Assembly (NCBI GenBank): GCA_024704765.1
Contig: JAKMXF010000314.1
Span: 236,630-300,629, forward strand
Length of the DNA: 64,000 nucleotides
Source: Oopsacas minuta
Taxonomy: Eukaryota > Animalia > Porifera
Direction of reading: 5' to 3'
The position numbers and the translations under genes were made by a program. Positions 52,200-63,850 of this stretch are shown one piece after another. The stretch's first letter is position 1. The number at the start of each line of letters is the position of its first letter. The notes under the pieces are model-generated. The model was not told where the DNA came from and did not search any database. It saw only the letters and a program-made list of their open reading frames with translations.

Positions 52200-52870
52200 A
52201 AACTAGCGCGCTTTGGTGGCTAGGTCGATGCGCGACTCAGGTTAGCTTAAGTACTCAACAGCTGCATTTCTTGATGCTTTTGGTCGCTACGTGACGGGAT
52301 ATACTCGGCACTATGTGCCTAAGGGTTAATTTTTTGTGGAAATTTTAATTATGTAATATCCATAGTACATCCAAATTGCATTGAATAGCCTTCTGTGGTA
52401 AAACGGGAACTCTTACGTGACTTTGGTTATTAATCCGGGAACTGCATGTCTCCAATAATATGAAATCTCAAAAATATCGAAATTGGAGAATATTGATGTT
52501 TGTACAGTCATGAAGACTTAATAATTCAATGCTGAGTTTGCATTTGGCCACAATCGTGACGTCAGGACATTTGTCACATGGAGGGGTACCTTTGATTCAA
52601 ATGTCAAAATTCTATCGTGTAATTGGCGGAGCAGTAGTAAACAATGCCATTTTTGTAAAATACATAAGGTAATAATGACGTCATAATTTGGTCATAGCCG
52701 TGAATTTCGTCCAAGACTAGAAATTATCCGAGCCACCCCAAATATCACTGCATGCCAAAAATAAGCCCTGGGGGTTTTCCAGTTTCTTCTATCAATTCTG
52801 GAAATACAAACATATATACATATTACACATATACACAAATACAGATGAATCGCGTTTTAATTGAATAGAT
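52200..52870 (+). repeat. Longest copy of the DINE/Lep1-like family
   Basis: ACTAGCGCGCTTTGG start, central conserved blocks, TGCCAAAAATAAGCCCTGGGGG, (TACA/TA) microsatellite, and CGCGTTTTAATTGAATAGAT end. Confidence 0.6.
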
Positions 52871-55683
52871 GTAAAAATTGCATCAATCATTCCAAAGTCA
52901 GTATATGAAATGATCTGCGTAGTATGTACACTAACCAGTCTAAACCTAATTGTAACCACTAAATATCAGATATTGTATACGGGAAATTGAGCGTTCGTTT
53001 GTGTATATATTTGATATTGTAATTGATAAACAATTTGACAATGTTAGTTTATATCGAATAGAGTATTCGAATCAATATTTTCTAGATACTGGAGTTCTAC
53101 GGGTCTGACATACCCTCAGATTAGCCATTTTAAAGTACACTAGCCGAAATGCTGCCCTCTGGGTGGCTTTTTTTGCTAGTTCCTGCGGAATGCTTTTCGG
53201 ACCTTCAGCCGTAATGATTGTCTTTGGAGTTTGCGAACGCTACGCTTCTGCATGTAATAGCTCTCAGTGAACAATCAAAGAACGTATTACATTGCGATAC
53301 GCCAATCGTTTAGGTGTTTGTCATGTGATGGTACAATATTGGAGTTTCAATTCTTTAAGTGTAGTGTATTTACGTTAAGGGTGGCTTTTACGCAGTACGC
53401 AGTTTACGCTTTTTACTGCTCTTTACGAAGTTCTTTCTCCGCATTACTCAACGGGATCAATAAACTGGGAGTAGTAACTATTGGAATTGGTAGAATCTGA
53501 ATGAACCAAATTCCCACGTCTTATAATATACGAAGGAAGGAATCTGATAGGTCAACGCCAACCAATCAGATTCCTCAGAAAATGTATTGATTAATATAGA
53601 CGAGGTGTGACATTCACACATCTTGCCCAAAAATGATTCGAATACGAAAAATATTTATTCTTGGAAAGGTTGAATACTACTTAGTCGACAAACAAAATTT
53701 GGTTGAAACCAGCCAGGCATCTCTGCGTAAACGCGAGGAATCCGCCGCGCCGGCCATTAGATAGAGACAGTACTCTAATGTCCAAAACTGGGAAAATACC
53801 AGCGCTCCGCTGGTATTTTTCAAAGTTCCAAGTAGCGTGTTTTGAGTAAAATCAGGCAGAGCCCGGTATCAAAACAAATTCCTTTGTAAATATAGCAAAG
53901 ACTTTATCTCGGCATTTGAAATAAACCGAATACTGACGGCAAAATATGTGATTCTATAACGTCAAACAGTTGCTAAAATCACGTTTTTGGTGCGGGAATT
54001 TATTAAAACGAATAGGTGAAATTTTAGTGTTCCTTTTCATCACGAACTTAAAACTGTAATTCCACGTAAAATGAATTGACATGTTATCTCAGAAGCTCTT
54101 ATGGATTATGGCAAATTATTCAACATACACTCTAAAAGTAAATATTGAATATATATTGCAAACACTAGGGTAATACAGAATTATATAGATACTTTAGCAA
54201 GGGGACAAACTAGAACTTTTTGTCTTTATGGAGGGGCACTTGTTATCCAATGGGAGACACCTAGGATCCTAGTCGGCCAAATGACCCCCATAAATGAAAT
54301 CGTGTATTACATTTGATAGCGCCAGATCAGATTTTACATCCCTGAATATCCGTAATCCGAACGTGTAAGCTAATATCTAGGATAACACTGAAATCTTCTT
54401 AAGAGGTATGTAAATATTGTGATTAATAATGTGAAAAATTTATGCATTACAATTAATCGTTTTGGACCAGTAGAAGTATAGTATACATACAATCACAAAG
54501 AAATTGTTTAGAAAATCACGCTGTGCTGTACCATCATCATATTGACCCCATACGGTACGGAAGATTACGGTCTAAATGAGTATGAATATAGTGATTTCCT
54601 AATCGAAATTACAACATACAGACTATGTATTTTGATATAGAACAATTTCTAATCGAAAATTATCAATCTCTGATAAATTATTACTCTGAATGATGAAATG
54701 GTTTACCACACTATAGGCTCCTCTTAGAAATGATATGAAGACAATCTATCTAGCAGCCTCAAATTATGGTGGCCTGCGAGGTGTTGCTGTAAATTTCGTG
54801 TCAGCATCCGAATTTCTTGATTGATTTAATATGATCAGTTTCTGAAATAATTCTCTCAAAACCACTGGAACTGGCAACCTGGAGTAATTCTATGAATGCT
54901 AGTTCTTGAAAGTCAGGGACTACTGATCGGTATAACAGCCACAAACGCCAAGCTGGTAATTTTCAGCCTGCTTTTATTTTTTGATTGATAAGCTAAAAGT
55001 TTCTTCTCTTTGATTATACCGACACCATTGTCCAATAGCTTTCAACCCACGATCCCCCAAGCACATTAAAGGCTTAAGATTGAAATTCCAAAAAACAAAT
55101 ACAATTTCTTCTCCCAACCTAAACATTTGAAATTTTCTTCCCACACAGAGGATATCACTGTCAAAGAGACGAAGCAATACTAAAACTGGCATCAATAGTT
55201 CGACAATTTTGTTAAAGTTTCTAAAAAGTTCAAACTAAGGGTAATTCGAGGCCACTTTTCAGCATCTTTCACATAATTGGCTATCCAGAAGAATGGATTG
55301 TATAGCTTCATTCGTATTAAAGAGGCGCTCCCCCATTATCAAATGGGCTACAAATCTTGCCTAGCAAAATTTGATCAGCATTTGTACATTTCAGCTTGCA
55401 GTTGTGTCCGATTCCTCCACATTACTTACACTTATAAGAAAATCACAAAACCTATCAGAACTGGACAGATAGATCATTACGCTTACTGAAAGCATCACGT
55501 TCAGACCAATTCGCAGAATCTTCTCTGAATTGAGGAGAATTCGCTATCTGAAAGATCAAATATCTGGAGGAAGGATTCGACTACCGTTGTGAATAATGGT
55601 TGAGAGAAAAGAAAACCAAGTGCATCCTTGTCATTCATTTAGAATTCGAAATAATTACTAGAAATTTTGGAAATACAGTAGTA

Positions 55684-57012
55684 CTGGGCGTACAATAAGT
55701 CTTTCGGGTGATATCATAGAATATGATACAAACACCATACACACTAGTTCATTATATTAGTTATTCAAAGTAATCCCCTCCTGCAGATACACAAAGTTTT
55801 AACCTTTCCACCCACTTGTAAACACATTTCTGTACTCTTCTTCGGGAATGGATTTGGAGTACTTGTACAGGCCCTTCCGAGTGCTTGTAATACGTTGAAA
55901 TCTTTGCCTTGCAGGTAGATTTTAAGCTTGGGGAATAGCCAAAAATCACATGGAGCTAGGTCTGGTGAGTATGGTGGATGGGGAAGTAATTCTAACCCTT
56001 CAATGTACAAGAAACTATTGGAAGCTTAGCTGTATGGGAACTAGCGTTATCAATTAAAATCTTCATTCCTCGAGTTCGGTTTTCGGGCGGTACTTTTCTA
56101 TATTTTTTATCAAATTTGGAAGCACTTGCTCTGTAAAGAAAGTAGCAGTAACAGCCTTGCCACTCTCACAAGGTAATTGCAAGACAATTCCATGACTACT
56201 GAAGAAGATGGTATACATAATCTTAGGATTTCTGAAGTCGGGCCTAGGAATTTTCGCCGGTTGTTCTTCGCCCCTTACCCATGATCGCTTCTTATACTTG
56301 CTATATGGTGTTGAATAGTACACCCATGTCTCGTCACCAGTAATAATCTCTGTTAAGCGTCTAGAATCGCAGTTCTCATAAGTTTCCAATAGTTTCTTGA
56401 CAATATTCAGTCGTGCCAACCTTTGATTCTCACTGAGCTTATGCGGGACCTATTTCCCACAAATCGATCGGTAGTCAAGCTCAGTCGCCAGAATCGTATG
56501 AATAGCTCCCGATGAAATCTCCATACTTTGTTCTAACTGATTGACAGTAATGCACTTGTCTTCCAAGACCATACTTTTAATGAGTGCGATAATCTCTGAA
56601 GTGGTGACGGATACCGGTCTTCCAGATCGAGGCAAATCTGTGACATCAGCACCACCAGATCTAAAACGGGCCGTCCATCGCTCTACAGTAGATCTGGAAG
56701 GGCAATCCATACAACTATATCTCCTGTAACTCGCTGAAGATCTGTACGGGCTGGATCTTGAGTATTGTGCGAAACTCTATGTAAGCTCGCCATTTGAGGT
56801 TGAAATTATCATCCTTTGAAGCCATAAATTCAACAGTGGGTATAAATTGACTACACGTATCTATCTCAAAAATTCATAATTGTTTTGACAAGCTTGAAAC
56901 CTTCAGTATATGGAGTTTAACTATATGGGCTTATAATATATGAAAGTTAGATATATTCCTTGGCTGATTCCTAATATACATCATGACCCGCAAGACTTAT
57001 TGAACGCCCTGA
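55684..57012 (-). mobile_element. Mariner (DD34D) copy C, full length, defective
   Basis: TIRs CTGGGCGTACAATAAGTCTTTCG and GCAAGACTTATTGAACGCCCTGA|TA. Almost identical to copy B. Confidence 0.95.
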
Positions 57013-57279
57013 TATAATATGAAATCCTTAAATTCAGAAATTCTTAAAAATAAAGGGGTCGCTCTATTAAAAATACTTGGTGTTCATTTGGGAGTGGTTG
57101 GTTCACAGGTAGCCCTCAATGTGGCAACTGTACTGACATCACAATTTTACCAATTGCAAACCCATCATAGAATCATTGCATTATAATAAGTGAAATATTT
57201 CCAATTTTCACGAATTTTTGGAATTTCACAATGCACGATGCACAAAGTGCCGAGATTACTAACCTAATCTATATAGGAG

Positions 57280-57490
57280 CCCCAATGTTATCACCGAATG
57301 CCATGTATTGGAATCTCGATCTACCATGGATAATATATACTTTAAAACTTCCGCAAAATGATAACCTCGAGGCACATAGTGCCTAATATATCCGGTCGCG
57401 TAATTTCCAAAAGCATTAGGAGATTTAGTTGTTTAATACTTATGATAACCTGAGTTGTTGCGCATCGCACTAGCCAGCTAAGTGCGCTAT
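57280..57490 (-). repeat. 5' portion of the DINE/Lep1-like family
   Basis: The reverse complement aligns by eye with 52200-52430 (GGCACTATGTGCCT, ATGCTTTTGG, TATCCATGG). Confidence 0.55.
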
Positions 57491-57599
57491 TACCTTATAA
57501 TTCGTTATTATTCCTTCCAATAATGATTTACACCTTATTAAATATTCTTGCAGTTCGGTCGACATAAGCATTTGTAGTCCAAAGTCCATATTCTGTTGT

Positions 57600-58400
57600 G
57601 AGGCCGTATAGTAAGCAATAGTTTTATAATTATTGTAAATATTTATTCAATTTTATGGAAAACTTTCAGGGTTGATAGAGATTAGCGAAAAGTATTACAT
57701 TAGATAAATATCAGCGTCTCAATGAGTCGATCCATAGTATTCCAATAAACTAAGGCACTTGCACTGCATGTACCAAGGAATTTTTGAGGATCTTTCCAGA
57801 TACCACAACACTGATTTACTCATTTAGGCGTATTCAAATTACTGGGGATGAGCGCTATGATCGTGGTCCAAATATTCTGTAAAACTCCGTGGCATTTACC
57901 ATGGATACGATAATGCCGTACAAATTATTTGCTAAATTTTTCAGCTTTGTAATATCAGACTTAGCGACTCATGTATTACACTTCTTAGCTCTCCTTTGGA
58001 GAATCAATATACAAGCACATAATTTTTTCAATGTGTTCTTTGTTTGCTGCGCATTAGGAATATCTTTTGATCATTATCAGCATGACTTGTGCTTTCTAGT
58101 ATTTCTAGATGGAATTTTCTAGAGTAATAGTGCTCTAGTTTTTGGCATGACCCTTCTCTATAGATAATTAAGTTGCTCCGGTCCAGTATTGAAGTCATCA
58201 CAATTTCATCAAATATTTAACATTATCTTTCTCTTTTCAAACTCTGATCCACTCGATCGATCTTTTTAGAATCTCACAATATCTTCTACTGTGGGTAGCC
58301 CCTTTGTAGGTAATTTTTATGATTGTCCTTTCAAAAGTGATCAGTTGAACACATTTGGGTATGATAATAACCATTATAATGTATAATTTGGATTTATTAA
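57600..58400 (-). pseudogene. Very decayed putative DNA-transposon ORF, family uncertain
   Basis: Stop-ridden minus frames give YYHTQMC, QKLEHYY and NTPK*V motifs. These recall the uncharacterised invertebrate transposase-like proteins with YHxxC, KLxxHY and TPKH motifs. Confidence 0.3.
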
Positions 58401-58702
58401 TAACAAATACAAGTTGCATATTTATGCTATATTATTAGCCTATACTCACAACCAATTTGTTTCTAAGGAATTTATTGTTCATCAATTCCTATTTTAGAAT
58501 ATATATACGATTCTAAATAATCTTAGCTGACGAATTAGATATATTTAGTTTGGAAATTTTCGAGGAGTCACAGCGGTACGTGATATCATAGTGGCGTAGT
58601 TTTAGTTGTACAAAAATCCGTACATGGGTGAAAAAGTAGTAAATATTTGTCAATGTGCTCTTACTATTTAGGGCATTTGGTTCGATTCACCCTATTTACT
58701 AG

Positions 58703-61700
58703 CACAGTGGGCTATTATTGCGAATTACTAGTATTAGGATTTTACGCGTTCAATTTTAAAGATAGGCTTATAAAATACACTATTACTGTATAGTAAGTCG
58801 ACTATTGCGGTTCTTTAGTTGATTTCAATTTTGTTGTATCACATCAGGTTTTCAATATATGACGTAATCGTAATTACCATATACAGTAATACAGAAATCT
58901 AGATATTCACTAAACTGAGTTTATATTAGAAGAAATAGAATGTGAATATATAATGGCTATGGTAACTGAAGAATAACTAACATACGAATATCTTATTGAT
59001 GAATTAATGTTAAATGCAAGAAGAGTTCATCTATGGAATTTTGAAGGAGAGAATCTTCATTATCAATATTATTTGTAACGTTTTCACCTTGCCTGTTTTT
59101 TACACAATTCTTTTTATGGCCTACTTGGCCACAGGTGGAACGAATGATGATCCTTCTGAATTTTTCATTCAGAATTGGACAACCATAGATGTAGAGCCTC
59201 ATTGCAACATCACTTAACCCACTTAGAAAATCTGATTTCCGGCTCAAATGTGTTGAGAACTCTCGGATCAACTTATGCCTTGTTCTAACCCTTCTTCAGA
59301 AAGACTACACAATCCTATCCTGTCATTTCTCTCAACAAACTGATGGGCATGAGCCAAGAATTTGTGGAGTGTATTGCTAATAGATACCCAGGGAAAGGTT
59401 TGTAAGATTAATATGTAGGTTTCTTGACTTAACACACGAAATCTGTTTACATCGACAACTTCATTACTATTAGCAACTCTGAGTAATGCAGATACATTCC
59501 TGTGAATCTCTGTCAGAGCATCTCTATAAACATTAGGTACAAACGATAAGCGATCCTAAAACACGGTTTTTTATATGAAAAAAATGTTCTTGCCATGTTG
59601 TGTTCCCACTTCCTCCTGGTTGGTCGAATAATAAGTTCATAAGCTCATGGATACGCTTGCATACTAAACCTCGATAATCTCGCACCATTTGATCTTCAGT
59701 CCACTTGGACTCTCCTGCTGCAATTCGGTAGATGAGGTTCAAAAACCAATCTAAAATCCTTAGGTAAGAATGTAAAGGTGCTGCAGGAAATACATCAATG
59801 CCACTTGCAGGTTCGTGTGTAATCCTACACCGCTGCTTTGTATTGTAGCTCATCAGCTCTTTTCCATCAGAGGTTAATTGACGGATTGTCTCTTTGATAT
59901 CCTCTATCGAACAATCTAATGGAAACCCGCAAACCACTTTCGTAATGCTATTGATATCACTTAGGGTTGCTTTGCAGGCAATACATGGCGCTCCTCCTTT
60001 ACCTGTCATTGTTGCTAAGGTTTTTCCGTCAAACATTGAAGCTTTGACTTCTACTTTAACATGGCCATTTAGGTGATCAAAACCATTCTCATTTAGTGAA
60101 ACAATTTCAGGGTTTAGTAACTTGCTCAATTCTATCACAGTGTCAATAGTCTCCTTTTGGCAAATAAGTGCTACTGGTTGGTTGGAAAAACAGGAGTTAG
60201 GATGCCTATTTTCCCACACAACATTCCCGAATCGATCTATTACCTGAAGGGGTGAAACCATAAATACATTATAATTTGATAGGTCTATATTCAAGTCTGA
60301 CAATAACCCAGGAGAGGAATGAGATCCAGAACCATCCAGTCCATGCTTGATTTTGAGTGTTAATGGATAGAAGTGTGGTGCAGGAAAATTTAGCAAACAT
60401 TCTTTTAACAACCGGTCAAAGAGAGAAATTACATGTGATGAGTAAGATATATAGACCCCTATAGGATTGGAAACATTTGGATACCAGTCGAATGTTGGAA
60501 CAATTGATTTTCTAATTTCACTAATTTTTTCCCAAGTTGCCAAAACGAGGCTTCTGATTGGAGATAATATTTAGGATCTCTCCATTTTCCTTTTCCCAGC
60601 TTAAGTTGATATACTAAGAATGTTGATTATTCTGGTGAAACTATGTTACTGAGGGTTGGTATCGATTCTTCGTTATAGATTTTCCAAGCGATATTTGCGA
60701 TGCCTTTAAAACCAATTTGTTCTACAGCTACAATATACAAGAGGAGAGCAACGTAGCGAATGACAGAAATATTTTCAAGTTGTGCTAACTGACGGATGGA
60801 AGTAAGTATCCCAGTCTGATCAAGCCTTATCTTCTTTGAACGAACTTGAATGTCATCAATTGATTTCTCCTCTCCACATTTGGAACCAATATAGCACTGC
60901 TTTCTACATCACAGCCTGAAACATAAAGGGATGATTGGGTACTCTTAGGTTTAACAAGGATCCATGGAATACTTGCACTCCACCACTCACCATCTAAGCT
61001 CTCAATAGATTTCTTACTCTTTCTGAAATTATATGATACTTTAGACATTAGAGAGTATACAGAATGTCTCTTGTCTTCTTCGAGATTTAGTATACGCACC
61101 ACTTCATCTGTTGCTTGATTGATATCATAGTCGTGAACGTTTAATATGATAGCCAAGTCAAGACGTGTTTTCGGGCTTTCAGATACTTTTGTTGCTTCAG
61201 CCATCTTTAAATTGATAATTAGAGGTTTAATAGGTATCAATTTAATGTACTTGTATGCTACCTCGTAATATGCAGTATATATATAATTATTACGTTATAT
61301 TGGTGTAAAATTACCATGTAATTACATTACATTGTACCATAGCAACGTAGATGTGAGAATGGAATTTGACAATATTTAATATGTTGCGCAATGAAACGGC
61401 ATTTGTACTTTAAATATAATGTTTATATTACTTGACAAGAATACATACTAAAAATTCAGGGTGGAAACTAGTGGAAACAAATTTTGCTGCCAACAGGATG
61501 GCTTATGGCCGAGAGAAATTTCTGCAAAATTTTCACAGTATTGTATACGTAATATCTGATTAATCTTTTCGCTCCTTAAGAAATTCAACGGTAGATTCAA
61601 ATTCAGCGCAGTCACTTTGCTTGGAAAGCATGTAAATGAACAATAGTATGCATCATAAATTCAACAGATTACTGAAATAGCTTCAGGCATTTATATAATG

Positions 61701-61888
61701 GATGTATAAACATAGAATACAGCAATGAAGTTCTACATTTGATTGACCACAAAAATAGAAATACTTAACTGTTTCATCTGATACTTTACGTATCGCTTGT
61801 TGAATATATCTAGAATCTAATTCATAATTCAAAATGGTATAAATTGAAGGTAAGAATTTGGGCCTATGTACCCCAGTAGCCCACTGTG
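58703..61888 (-). mobile_element. Transib / RAG1-like transposon with RSS-heptamer termini
   Basis: Perfect 12-bp TIR CACAGTGGGCTA at 58703-58714 and inverted at 61877-61888, enclosing a single RAG1-core-like transposase gene. Confidence 0.92.
58993..61240 (-). pseudogene. Transib/RAG1-core-like transposase with several frameshifts and at least one internal stop
   Basis: KHGLDGSG (first D), VWENRHPNS, QKET, SMFDGK (second D), CIAC, PLHSYLR, FPW, TLHKFLAH, SLSEEGLE (E), RHKLIREF. ORF pieces 60827-61240, 59533-60543 and 58993-59271 are linked by shifted frames. Confidence 0.92.
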
Positions 61889-62619
61889 CACTAGTTTTCA
61901 ACAACAGCCATGTCTTGTCAAGGTGATACATAATTGATTGACTTATTGTTGGCAATGAGTATTTTCAACCCTTTATCGTGGTAGGCATGGTTAGGGATTG
62001 TAAATTTTATCAAAGCCATGGAATATTGAATGCATGAAGGGACCGAAATACATGCTGATCGATGATAGTGTACAATGGATTTAATTGGAGTGGCCTAATT
62101 GCTATCCAATAAAGTATTGATTAGTAGTATTTTGGTCATAGTAACCTAGTACTGCGTACCGCACGGGATAATACGGACACCGTACGTTACGCAGCCTTCC
62201 GTACCGTACTTACTCACTCTGTACGGACTGAGTACGCACTCCTTACGAAATCAAATCGGATAATCGGTATACTTATCTCGTGTTTAGTTAATAAGATTTC
62301 TCAATGATGAATATATTTGATTATTTATTTAACAGCATATAACAGATAATCATGCATTTACCTTGGAATAAATTCACTTTTCCCTTATTAACTGTGTATG
62401 ATTTATTTGTGCCCTAAAATGCTCCAGTACTTATTTCGTTTTGCTATTACTAATATATTACTTGAGCATTGCATATTTCTGTCAAATCGTTAATCAGAAT
62501 TTGTAATCATGTCTCAAACTCAACAGCTCGATGATGCTTTCTGTATAACTGAGAAGCGCAGGTTTCTTCATATTATTTACAAAATCGATGAACTTTTTGT
62601 TATCTCAGTTTATAGAAGG

Positions 62620-62750
62620 GGTGGAAATCGGAAAATTAAGTGTAAAAAATGTGATAAGAGTTTCACTGGTTCTGATACTAGAAGAATAGCTTAGATAGCT
62701 GGTGGAAAATTTTCAAATGATGCACAAGTGTCAGCTTGTAAGAATGAATA
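62620..62750 (+). pseudogene. BED-zinc-finger-like remnant (hAT N-terminus)
   Basis: KIKCKKCDKSFTGSDTRRIA*IAGG...VSAC resembles CxxCxxxFxGxxTRxxxHLAG...C. Confidence 0.45.
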
Positions 62751-63589
62751 ATATTTAAAATTGGAAATAATATCACGAATCAATAAGGATATTGGGAATA
62801 AGCACCTTTTGAATGGTGTATTTGTGAGTACAGATGGGCTAATTTATTTGAGAACAGCCAATGTCACTAGGATGTTGAAAGATAGGTATCTGAGGGCAAA
62901 AGAATTAACTGAACTCGGTTCAGAAATGTGCATGTCTCCCAAGATCCAAATTATTGGCATATTATTTTCCGTAGTTGTGCAGCTCATGGACTAGAACAAT
63001 TTTCCTATAGCCAAAAATCTTTTTTCTTTTATCATAGGACATGAGATGCGTAATAGTACCACAGTGGCTTTATCTAGACTTAGAGCGAATTTTCATCATC
63101 CTATAAGCTTTGGAAAATGTTACCATTTAATTTAGTGTAGTTTGACACCTGGGGATCATAATTTTCTTGAGAAAATTCCTGAAATTTTGTAATCAAATGT
63201 CATGCTTAGTGGATGGCATAATTGAATTCATTATTCACCTCTATTATAAAAATATACATAGGCATATAATTCTCGTTATGGGAAAATACTCATCAGAATG
63301 ACAGCTCAAAGTTTTAACCTATTATTTGTTCAGAATATAATCTTCTGAATTATGATGAGAGCTAAGCATTTCACTTTGAATATTTTCTCCATGGTTCAGT
63401 TAATTTTGATTTCACATAATGTGTCCGGGCACATAATACCTTGCTCTACTTACCCCTCAAACTCACTGTGGCCAGTCGTGGCCAGGTAATATCAAGTTTA
63501 AGTGCTATTTGTCATAATATTATCTATAATTTAGAACTAAATCCAGCCTCCCCCAATATCAAACTTCGATCATAGATATTTGCTGAGGA

Positions 63590-63850
63590 GTGACACAAAT
63601 TATGATCTTAGAGAATCAAAAGGTGACAACGAAGTCATAATTTCATCATATTTATGAATTTTCGATCAAGAGTCGAATTTATCTGACCCAAGCCAAAAAC
63701 CAAAATAATCTTGTATGGCAAAATCAGCCCTAGAGGTATACCAGTTTCATAAATCAATTACTAACATACGAAGATATATATATATATATATGTATAAAGA
63801 CATATATATATATATATATATGGTATATTTGCGTTTTAATAGTATAGGTA
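63590..63850 (+). repeat. 3' portion of the DINE/Lep1-like family with (TA)n tract
   Basis: GTATGGCAAAATCAGCCCTAG...CCAGTTTC, (TA)n at 63775-63822, and the end GCGTTTTAATAGTATAG as in the 24085 copy. Confidence 0.6.

Noticed and set aside
52300-52330. AAGGG|TTAA resembling a piggyBac end
   Set aside because: It lies inside the DINE-like repeat, and homologous copies lack the TTAA, so it is not a terminus.
54560-55620. Possible P-element/THAP9-like transposase remnant
   Set aside because: Only vague motif resemblance across stop-ridden frames; not supportable by eye.
12857-56729. Antisense ORFs over the mariner copies and most other 60-110-aa ORFs in the track
   Set aside because: These are shadow frames of TE genes or chance ORFs in AT-rich DNA with alternative starts, with no recognisable domains.
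58715-61955. Possible RAG2-like partner gene in or beside the Transib (including ORF 61683-61955)
   Set aside because: There is too little space inside the TIRs. That ORF crosses the TIR and shows no kelch or PHD features.
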